The notes under the pieces: model-generated
What the model saw: only the letters and a program-made list of their open reading frames with translations
What the model was told of the DNA's origin: nothing
Databases searched by the model: none
Part shown: positions 56,635-64,000 of the stretch, in pieces
How the letters are laid out: every line of letters starts with the position of its first letter
Position numbering within the stretch: position 1 is the stretch's first letter
Program-made: the position numbers and the translations under genes
Assembly: GCA_963733035.1 (NCBI GenBank)
Contig: CAVTBU010000005.1
Span: 2,560,001-2,624,000 of the forward strand
Source: Pirellulales bacterium
GTDB lineage: Bacteria; Planctomycetota; Planctomycetia; Pirellulales; PALSA-1355
Direction of reading: 5' to 3'
Length of the DNA: 64,000 nt

Positions 56635-57905
56635 AAGTCCAGATGATTGGCTGCAGCCATCACCACTCGTCCGTCGCCGTACGAGAACGACTGGCTTTCG
56701 GGCCGGCGCAGGTGGGCGAGGCACTCGATCGCTTGCGAGCTCAATTCCCGTTGTCGGAAGCCGTGCTGTTGTCGACGTGCAATCGCGTTGAAATCTACAC
56801 GGCTGCCGAATCGCCCGATGCTTCGCCCACGCACGAGCAAGTGGCCCAGTTCATGGCCGACTTTCACGGCCTGCCCATTTATGAGATTTTCGACGATCTC
56901 TTCGAGCGCACCGGTGAAGACGCCGTTCGGCACTTGTTCATGGTGGCGGCGAGCCTCGATAGCATGGTTGTCGGTGAACCGCAGATCCTCTCGCAAGTCA
57001 AGCAGGCCTACGAAACGGCCAAGCATCGGCAGAGCACCGGGCCGCTCACTCACGGTATCTTCCAAACCGCTGTTCGCGTCGCCAAGCGCGTGACCAGCGA
57101 AACGACTTTGCACCAGCGCCGAGTCAGCATTCCCAGCGTCGCGGTGGGAGATTTCGCAGCGCAGATCTTCGAGCAATTCGACGACAAGGCCGTGCTGGTG
57201 ATCGGCGCCGGTGAGATGGCCGAAGAGACGCTGCGCTATCTACAAAACGAAGGGGCGCACGACGTCACGGTCGTCAACCGCAACCTGCCCCGGGCCGAGC
57301 AACTCGCCGCCCAGTGGCAAGGCCGCGCCGCCGCCTGGGAAAAGCTGCCCGAGGAGCTCGTGCGCGCCGACCTGGTCATCAGTACCACCGGTGCCGGCGA
57401 ACCGATCGTGACACTTGCGGCATACAAGAAAATCGAAGCGGCCCGTTATCAACGGCCGATCTTCATTCTCGACCTGGCAATCCCCCGCGATTTCGACCCG
57501 GCAATCGGCGATCGATTGGGGGTGTATCTGTACTCGATCGACGACCTGCAGGCCGCTTGCCAAAAGAATCGGCTGGCTCGCGACCGCGAGCTGCCCGGGG
57601 CGATTCATATCGTCGAGGAAGAGACGATGCGGTTCATGGTCGACTTGCATCACCGGACCACCGCACCGATTATCAAGCGATTGAAAGACGGCTGGCAACA
57701 GCCCAAAGAGGACGAGCTGCGCCGACTCTTCAACAAGCTCCCCGAGCTTGACGACAAAACTCGGGCGGAAATCACCCAGTCGTTTGAACGGTTGATCAAT
57801 AAGTTGCTGCATCCACCGCTGGAGTCGCTACGAAGCGAATCGCAACAAGGTCCGCCACACGGTTTGCTGGAAGCGCTTAAGCGGTTGTTCCAGCTAAAGG
57901 ACTAG
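56631..57905 (+). CDS. hemA: Glutamyl-tRNA reductase
   Basis: RERLAF, LSTCNRVEIY, ASLDSMVVGEPQILSQVK, IGAGEM, DLAIPRD, NKLLHPP. Confidence 0.96.
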   Translation: MKVQMIGCSHHHSSVAVRERLAFGPAQVGEALDRLRAQFPLSEAVLLSTCNRVEIYTAAESPDASPTHEQVAQFMADFHGLPIYEIFDDLFERTGEDAVRHLFMVAASLDSMVVGEPQILSQVKQAYETAKHRQSTGPLTHGIFQTAVRVAKRVTSETTLHQRRVSIPSVAVGDFAAQIFEQFDDKAVLVIGAGEMAEETLRYLQNEGAHDVTVVNRNLPRAEQLAAQWQGRAAAWEKLPEELVRADLVISTTGAGEPIVTLAAYKKIEAARYQRPIFILDLAIPRDFDPAIGDRLGVYLYSIDDLQAACQKNRLARDRELPGAIHIVEEETMRFMVDLHHRTTAPIIKRLKDGWQQPKEDELRRLFNKLPELDDKTRAEITQSFERLINKLLHPPLESLRSESQQGPPHGLLEALKRLFQLKD

Positions 57906-58060
57906 CGGTCTGTTGAATAGTGCCGTCGTGGCATTTTTCAACCTCGCGCAGCGCGAAGTCAAGCTCCGTACCGTTCGCGAAATAACGACTTACGTCGGCT
58001 ATTTCGTCATCGCATCCCTGCGATGAACGCAGCCGGTTGAATTCTTCAACCGGCCGCCAG
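57902..58060. mobile_element. MITE/REP-like non-autonomous element with imperfect terminal inverted repeats and internal hairpins
   Basis: CTAGCGGTCTGTTGAA ... TTCAACCGGCCGCCAG (13/16 inverted match) enclosing four stem-loops. Confidence 0.5.
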
Positions 58061-58074
58061 GCGTTTCGGCGCGT

Positions 58075-58102
58075 AAAAAAGCCCGGACGCGTTGTCCAGG
58101 CT
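58075..58102 (-). terminator. Rho-independent terminator for scpB/acidic-protein transcript
   Basis: Minus strand GCCTGGAC-aacgc-GTCCGGGC followed by TTTTTT. Confidence 0.7.
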
Positions 58103-58151
58103 ATGTGGCGCTAAAATGAGACGACGGCCGACCGATCACCAGGTTAGCGGG

Positions 58152-58484
58152 TCACTCTTCGTCGTCTTCCCATTCCTCGTCCTCGTCTTCGTCTTCGTCC
58201 CAATCCTCGTCTTCCTCGTCGTCCCAATCCTCATCTTCCTCGTCGTCCTCGGCCTCGTCGTCGTCGTCTTCAACTTCTTCCCACTCGTCCTCTTCGAGAT
58301 CGTCCTCTTCTTCGTCGTCGTCATCTTCGTCGTCGTCGAAGTCGTCCTCGTCATCCTCTTCTTCATCAAATGCCCGGGGAGCATTCAACAAGTCGGCTGG
58401 ATGCTCTTCCAGGTCGGTCGCCCGGGCGCCAAACAAGTCGACGAGTTCATTGAGGGCATCTTCGGGCAAGGCGGTGGTGATCAC
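58152..58484 (-). CDS. Extremely acidic small protein (D/E tract with spaced Trp)
   Basis: GTG start with GAGGAGG 9 nt upstream; 63 of the last 71 residues are D/E. Confidence 0.65.
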   Translation of the reverse strand: MITTALPEDALNELVDLFGARATDLEEHPADLLNAPRAFDEEEDDEDDFDDDEDDDDEEEDDLEEDEWEEVEDDDDEAEDDEEDEDWDDEEDEDWDEDEDEDEEWEDDEE

Positions 58485-58525
58485 GTTCGCATTCCTCCTC
58501 GATTCATTTCGGGCAGTAGTTCAGT

Positions 58526-59302
58526 TTATGACTCGTTATGAATCTCGCGATCGCGAGATTGGTTAGTGGAAATTGTCGGGACGGTCGATGCCGTGTCGGC
58601 AGGCACTAATCGCAACAATGCGGCCCGGGGCAGATCGTCCAGGTGCTTGAGGCCGAAGACCTGCAGAAAGCGTTTCGTGGTGGCGTATAAATAGGGACGT
58701 CCCAACTCCTCGGCTCGACCGGCGGCGCGGACCAGGTTCCGATCCATCAACTGCCTGAGTATCTCGCCGCAATCGACTCCACGAATCGCTTCGATCTCCG
58801 ACCGCATGACTGGTTGACGATAAGCCACGACCGCCAAAGTTTCTAGTGCCGGCGTTGAGAGCCGGATTTCGCCCGGCCCACCGTGCAATCGCCGCAACCA
58901 ACCGGCGAACTGAGGCCGCGACATCAGCTGAAAGCCGCCTGCCACTTCTTCGGCCACAAACGCACTGCCGGTTTCGTCATACCAATGGTTCAACCGGCGA
59001 ATCAATGTACGAGCTTCTGTTCCGTCTGCCAAGTGTGCCAGTTGAGCCAACTTACGCGTCGTGACGGGTTCGCGGGACAAAAACAGGACCGCCTCCAAGC
59101 GAGCCGTCCCGGCGTCGCGGGCAAACGGATCTGGCGCCGCGCTCGACTGCCGGCCGCGAGAATTCAGCCGCCGCCGCCAGACGCCCGACTTTTTGCCTTC
59201 CGCTTGCAGCCCGAGCTCGGGCGCTGAGCCACTGCGCAGGCGTCGGCGAGCACCCGAAAGTTGGGCCGCGGCGGTACGGTGTCGTTTTCCAGGGCGTGGC
59301 AA
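58526..59302 (-). CDS. scpB: SMC-ScpAB complex subunit ScpB (start uncertain)
   Basis: LEAVLFLSREP, EVAGGFQL, LSTPALETLAVVAYRQPV.RSEIEAIRGV, GRPYLYATTKRFLQVFGL. Confidence 0.92.
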   Translation of the reverse strand: MPRPGKRHRTAAAQLSGARRRLRSGSAPELGLQAEGKKSGVWRRRLNSRGRQSSAAPDPFARDAGTARLEAVLFLSREPVTTRKLAQLAHLADGTEARTLIRRLNHWYDETGSAFVAEEVAGGFQLMSRPQFAGWLRRLHGGPGEIRLSTPALETLAVVAYRQPVMRSEIEAIRGVDCGEILRQLMDRNLVRAAGRAEELGRPYLYATTKRFLQVFGLKHLDDLPRAALLRLVPADTASTVPTISTNQSRDREIHNES

Positions 59303-59532
59303 AGCTTGGCCTGCGCGAGCTGATCGGGTTTTTGACCCAACACATTAACAGGTAAGGGTAAGCGGCGCGGCCCAGACTGACAAGTACCATCTGGGATGCC
59401 GAAAAAAGCCGGCGGCCAACGAGGCATATCCGGGGCTCCGGCCAGAAAAATCGCCCCTCGAAAAATGCCTGCCAGGGCTGACTAAGCGAAGGCGACTGGC
59501 TCAAGCAACCGCCGGTTCCAAGCTGGGGCAAC

Positions 59533-60333
59533 TCAATGCGCCGGTCCGTTGCGCCACGCTTCTACCTGCGCTAGAACGTCGGCCATGGCCTTCAAAGCAT
59601 CGCGATCCGTCGCTTCGAAATGCCGGCTGTAAGCGCCGTTGTTGGCGACAGCCATTCGGCAGTGAAACCGATAGAGTTCGCCGGCGCTTCCCCAGGTCTC
59701 AAGCAAATAATAAGTCGCTCCGTATTCGCGCAGCCGGCGTTCCATCTCGGTAAAGCGGTCTGGCTGTTCGAGCGGGCAGGCCGTTCGATCAACCCCCACC
59801 ACACCTGGATTCGCCGACACCGCCGGTGCAGAGTTCCCCGGCATGCCGCCCTGCGCCGGAGCAAACTGGGGATAGGAGTTCGGGGGTTGCGTTACCGCTG
59901 GCGATTGACCCGCCGGTGGAGCGGTTTGCGGCTCGACTGGCACCGAAAAACTAGCCGATTGGTTGTAGCCCGGTCGATCGCCAGGCCCGCTCACCGGCAC
60001 GACTGCCGGCGTGGCCCTTGTCGAACCATCCGCCTGCCAGGCCGCGGCTTCGGCACCTGGCGCACCCCATCGCGGTGCTTCCCAGTTCCCCGCACCATCG
60101 GCCGGCATCCCTCCGATGGATGGCCCCGAGGTGACCTCGCGGAAACCGTGTGGGTCGGAGGCGACCGTCGCCGGTTCCACGGGCTTGCCGGTACTCAGCG
60201 CAACAATGCGGTCCACCAGCACGCTCTTAACCACGTCGGGGAACGCGCTGCCGAAGATAGCCGCCATCGGCACGATGATCAGGCAGCTCAACATCACAAA
60301 GATGCGAAATGCCAAAACCGTCGAGGATTCCAT
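59533..60333 (-). CDS. Membrane-anchored hypothetical protein with Pro/Ala/Gly-rich linker
   Basis: N-terminal TM (FRIFVMLSCLIIVPMAAIFG), low-complexity middle, C-terminal LREYGATYYLLETWG...FHC domain. Confidence 0.65.
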   Translation of the reverse strand: MESSTVLAFRIFVMLSCLIIVPMAAIFGSAFPDVVKSVLVDRIVALSTGKPVEPATVASDPHGFREVTSGPSIGGMPADGAGNWEAPRWGAPGAEAAAWQADGSTRATPAVVPVSGPGDRPGYNQSASFSVPVEPQTAPPAGQSPAVTQPPNSYPQFAPAQGGMPGNSAPAVSANPGVVGVDRTACPLEQPDRFTEMERRLREYGATYYLLETWGSAGELYRFHCRMAVANNGAYSRHFEATDRDALKAMADVLAQVEAWRNGPAH

Positions 60334-60515
60334 TCCAATCGGTTCCTGCCGCGAGATTTCCGGGGCGTCCATGCCGCCAGGCAACGCTGCCCAAGTACAA
60401 GCGACGCGAGCGACTCCTGAATCCTGGGCGGGCGGGGATCATAGACGCATATGCGCATCGGGAGCAATGGCAGTCGTCCCATCCCCTTGCTAGCAGGTGC
60501 ACGGTTCCACGGCGC

Positions 60516-61196
60516 TCACTTTCGTGGCCGATACGCTGCCTTTACTTCGCGTACAAAGTAACTCAATTCCTTAAGCGGATTGGCCGCCGTAATCACCGGA
60601 TGACCAATGGCGATCAACTCGGCGCCCTGCTGCGAAGCCCGGATCCCGTCCTCGGCCAGGAAACAGCCAACTCCGATTGGCACGCGCACGGCTTGCTGAA
60701 CTGCCTCGAGCCATTGGGTGCTGTCCTGTGTGGCGTCGGCTCGGCGCTGGTCGGCACCGTAGTGCAGATACACCATGTGCACGCCCCAGTCGGCACATTG
60801 TCGAGCGCGGGCCGGCTGATCCTTGACGCCGATTGTATCGGCAACGACCCACACCCCGGTTTCTTTCGAATCGGCGATCGCGGCCTTGACGGTTTCGTCT
60901 GGCGCATTGGCGCAGACGGTCATGATGTGTCCGCCTTGCTCGGCCGTGCGGTGCACGTTCTTTCCACCCGAATCCATGGTTTTGTAGTCGGCCAGCACGG
61001 GGTAATCGGGAAATGCTCGGACCATCTTGCCGATGGGTGCGACTCCCTGCGAGACGATCAAGGGTGTACCGATCTCCAGCCAGTCGACGCCGGCTTCGAT
61101 GCCGATCTTGGCCATCTCGATGGCCTCTTCAATCGTGGCGTAATCGAGCGCAATTTGGATGATCGGTGGTTTGGAAATCTTGAGCGTCACTTGCAT
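60516..61196 (-). CDS. 3-hexulose-6-phosphate synthase / KGPDC family (OMP decarboxylase superfamily)
   Basis: IQIALD, DWLEIGTPLI, VLADYKTMDSG, LHYGADQ; GGAGA RBS. Confidence 0.8.
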   Translation of the reverse strand: MQVTLKISKPPIIQIALDYATIEEAIEMAKIGIEAGVDWLEIGTPLIVSQGVAPIGKMVRAFPDYPVLADYKTMDSGGKNVHRTAEQGGHIMTVCANAPDETVKAAIADSKETGVWVVADTIGVKDQPARARQCADWGVHMVYLHYGADQRRADATQDSTQWLEAVQQAVRVPIGVGCFLAEDGIRASQQGAELIAIGHPVITAANPLKELSYFVREVKAAYRPRK

Positions 61197-61263
61197 TGCT
61201 GTCTTCTCCGTCAAAGGGCAGGGGCGTCGCCGCATCATAACGGCGCGTCGGCAGCAAGGAAAA

Positions 61264-62145
61264 TCAAAGGCGCTGGTCAGCCGCCAGTAGTTTATCGAGG
61301 GCGGCGAGCGCCACGTTCCAAGCGGAATTCGAGCCCTGATACGTCGCCCACCAATCGAGCAGCAAATCGGCGTCCACGGCCGGAATTCGCCATGCTTCGA
61401 CGGCCGATACGAGTGTCTCGCGGTTGCAACTGGCTAACTCGACTTCTTCGGCAGCGGCCAAAATCGGGGGAACAAGCGCCAGCGGACCGATCTCCTCGCG
61501 GCGCTGTCGGCCCACCTGCTCCTCGTACTTCGGCAAGTCGAGATTCAATTGTCCCCATAGCCATCCCAGTCGCACGATTTCCGGCAGCTCTGGCACCGGG
61601 TTGGCGAGCATCGCCTCGAAGTGCAGCGAATTGTAGAGCGGATGCGCTCGTCCCGCGCCGCCGAGGATGGGCTGCACCAGGATGACGTCGGCCGACTCGA
61701 CGACGACATCGGCCTCCGTCAGACGCCCGAGCGTGGCAAGTAGACCCGGCCCCCTCGCTTCCCACTGGGCGCGCAGCGGCCCGCTGCGCAGCTCAAGCTG
61801 CTCGATGCCATCCGGCAGCGCCTGGCAAAACGCCGCGAACAGGGTCGTCAGTCTTTGCGACAGACCGCCGGCGGCCTCGATGTTCGCCGGGCCCAGCAGC
61901 TTGCCAAGCACCACTTCGGCCAATTGCCGTGGCACGTCAAACTTCACGGCCAGAGGAATCGCGTGCGAGAAGAATCGCCTCGGCTCCCCAACGATGGGCG
62001 CCAACTCCGCGGCGAGCGCGGCTGCCTCCGCGGCAATCGCCGCATGCAGGCGAGCATCCGCGGGTGGCGTGCCGGCCAAACAACATTCCGCCGCGTGCAA
62101 GGCGCTGGCCGACATGCCGGCAATCCAACGTGCATCTCCGGGCAT
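61264..62145 (-). CDS. Hypothetical protein
   Basis: 293-aa ORF (SALHAA..., LRAQWEARGPGLL, FEAMLANP..ELPE) filling the gap between the HPS-like gene and speA. Confidence 0.65.
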   Translation of the reverse strand: MPGDARWIAGMSASALHAAECCLAGTPPADARLHAAIAAEAAALAAELAPIVGEPRRFFSHAIPLAVKFDVPRQLAEVVLGKLLGPANIEAAGGLSQRLTTLFAAFCQALPDGIEQLELRSGPLRAQWEARGPGLLATLGRLTEADVVVESADVILVQPILGGAGRAHPLYNSLHFEAMLANPVPELPEIVRLGWLWGQLNLDLPKYEEQVGRQRREEIGPLALVPPILAAAEEVELASCNRETLVSAVEAWRIPAVDADLLLDWWATYQGSNSAWNVALAALDKLLAADQRL

Positions 62146-62376
62146 GTACGTCTCTACTTTGCAAGGGGCACGGTCGGGAACTTGAATAGGAATTATCTTC
62201 CCTCACGCGATTGCCCACCAGCCCACGATCGGCGTCGCCCAGGGCCTGTGGCCGGCCCGCGAAATTCGAGCCGAAGCGGGGTATTTTGCCGTGGCACTCC
62301 GTCGACCGTATGCCAATAATTCGATACGATGTGATGTTTGGTTCCGAGGTTCTCTTCGCCCAGGGTGAAGCCAACA

Positions 62377-64000
62377 ATGCTCGATCAAGAAGTGCGACGT
62401 TGGACGGTCACGGACGCCGCCGAGATGTACGACATTGCCCGCTGGGGAAAGGGCTACTTTTCCATCGGCGAAGACGGCCATTTGCGCGTGCATACCGAAA
62501 AGGATCCGGATCGCTGGCTCGACTTGAAGCAGCTCGTCGACCGCCTGCAACTGCGGGGCATCGATCTGCCGATTCTGATCCGCTTCGCCGAGATTCTCAA
62601 GCATCGGCTCGGTGAGATCCACAAAGTCTTCGCCAATGCGATTGCCGAACACAAGTACAACGGCGCCTATTGCTGCGTGTATCCAATCAAGGTCAACCAG
62701 CAACGTCAGGTGGTCGAGGAGGTCGTGCGATTCGGCCGACCTTATCAATTCGGCCTCGAAGCCGGCAGCAAACCCGAACTAATGGCCGTGGTGGCCATGG
62801 CCACCGATGATACGCCGATCATCTGCAACGGCTTCAAGGATGCCGAGTTCATTGAGATGGCGATGATGGCCCTCAAAATGGGGCGCCACATCATACCGGT
62901 CGTCGAGAAATACACCGAACTAGCCTTGATCCTCGACCTGGCCGAAAAGCTCGGCGTGCGGCCAATGATCGGCTTCCGCGTCAAGCTTGCCGCGCGCGGC
63001 AGCGGACGCTGGCAACAGTCGGGCGGCTATCGCTCCAAGTTTGGCCTCACGGTCAGCGAAATCCTCAGGGCCCTCCAGGAACTTAAATCGCGGGGCATGG
63101 AAGACTGCTTCAAGCTGCTGCACTTTCACCTCGGCAGCCAGATCACCAACATTCGCCAGATCAAAGGCGCGCTCAACGAAGCCATTCGCGTCTACGTCGA
63201 TCTGGCCCAACAGGGCGCCGGTCTCGAATATCTGGACGTGGGTGGCGGCCTCGGGGTTGATTACGACGGGTCGCAAACCAACTTCGAATCGAGTGCCAAC
63301 TACACCCTGCAGGAATACGCCAACGACGTCGTCTATCACGTCCAGACCGTGTGCGACGAAGCCGGTGTCGCGCACCCGACGATCATCTCCGAAAGCGGCC
63401 GAGCCGTCGTGGCGTACCACAGCGCGCTAGTGTTCGGCGTTCTCGGCGTCGCCGGGCAGGGAGAGAACGACGTCCCGTTGCAATTGCCCGAAGAAGCCGA
63501 ACAACCGCTGCGCGATCTGCTCGATACGTATCAAAACCTCACCGTCCGAAACGTGCTCGAGGCGTACCACGACGCCACCCAGTCGCTCGACATGGCGATG
63601 AGCCTGTTTGCCGGCGGATACCTGCCGCTGGTTCAGCGCAGCACCGCCGAGAATCTGTTTTGGGCCATCTGCCACAAGATCCAACGTTTGACCAAGCAGC
63701 TCGAATTCGTGCCCGAGGAATTGGAAGGGCTCGACGCTCAGCTTTCAGACACCTATTTCTGCAACTTCTCGCTGTTTCAGTCGATGCCCGACAGTTGGGC
63801 CATCAAGCAATTGTTCCCGGTCATGCCGATCCATCGGCTCGATGAGCGGCCGACGCGGCACGCCGTGTTGGGCGACATCACTTGCGACTCGGACGGCAAG
63901 ATCGAGCAGTTCATCGACCGCCGCGACGTCAAGCGCACGTTGCCGTTGCATGCCTATACGGGCGAACCTTACTACCTGGGCGCCTTCCTGCTGGGCGCGT
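62377..64000 (+). CDS. speA: Biosynthetic arginine decarboxylase (3'-truncated by window; absent from ORF track)
   Basis: Manual translation from ATG 62377: MLDQEVRRW...WGKGYF...VYPIKVNQQR...GLEAGSKPEL...CNGFKD...HFHLGSQI...DVGGGLGVDYDG...ESGRA...NFSLFQSMPDSWAI...DITCDSDG. Confidence 0.95.
   Translation, partial: MLDQEVRRWTVTDAAEMYDIARWGKGYFSIGEDGHLRVHTEKDPDRWLDLKQLVDRLQLRGIDLPILIRFAEILKHRLGEIHKVFANAIAEHKYNGAYCCVYPIKVNQQRQVVEEVVRFGRPYQFGLEAGSKPELMAVVAMATDDTPIICNGFKDAEFIEMAMMALKMGRHIIPVVEKYTELALILDLAEKLGVRPMIGFRVKLAARGSGRWQQSGGYRSKFGLTVSEILRALQELKSRGMEDCFKLLHFHLGSQITNIRQIKGALNEAIRVYVDLAQQGAGLEYLDVGGGLGVDYDGSQTNFESSANYTLQEYANDVVYHVQTVCDEAGVAHPTIISESGRAVVAYHSALVFGVLGVAGQGENDVPLQLPEEAEQPLRDLLDTYQNLTVRNVLEAYHDATQSLDMAMSLFAGGYLPLVQRSTAENLFWAICHKIQRLTKQLEFVPEELEGLDAQLSDTYFCNFSLFQSMPDSWAIKQLFPVMPIHRLDERPTRHAVLGDITCDSDGKIEQFIDRRDVKRTLPLHAYTGEPYYLGAFLLGA

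Noticed and set aside
58150..58370. TCG/TCT/TCC-rich repetitive DNA as a CRISPR array or satellite
   Set aside because: No fixed repeat-spacer periodicity; explained by Asp/Glu codons on the minus strand.
58092..58541. 149-aa very hydrophobic plus-strand ORF (FVVFPFLVLVFVFV...)
   Set aside because: It is the antisense reading of the GAC/GAA/GAG-rich acidic ORF, which has the SD and terminator.

Overview
A gene-dense, high-GC chromosomal segment (roughly low-60s % GC by eye). It very likely comes from a Planctomycetota bacterium (Pirellulales-like), judged from the DUF1501, DUF1598, DUF1080 and PQQ-like propeller genes, a LExRxLL-type secreted protein and a PEP-CTERM protein. Housekeeping genes are dnaE (3' end), der, ilvN-ilvC, tkt, argH, ccsA/hemX-hemA, scpB and speA (5' part). 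The window also carries a glgA-GH57-galT-GH57 alpha-glucan cluster, a polar amino-acid ABC transporter, a modular GH5 cellulase and several signalling proteins. About 11 genes are split by apparent 1-2 nt indels, which looks like consensus error rather than biology. I found no tRNA, rRNA, CRISPR array or intact transposase. The most intriguing items are: (1) a four-gene membrane operon of two zinc-ribbon CD225/dispanin (IFITM-like) paralogues, a zinc-ribbon DUF4190-like protein and a DUF2752-like protein; (2) a secreted HEAT/pseudo-receiver protein with NPF repeats directly upstream of a sensor-less sigma-54 activator; (3) an extremely acidic, Trp-punctuated small protein behind scpB; (4) a GalT-like nucleotidyltransferase inside the glycogen cluster; (5) a highly structured MITE-like element after hemA; and (6) an unannotated 21-aa hydrophobic ORF. 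All family assignments come from motif recognition by eye, not database searches.
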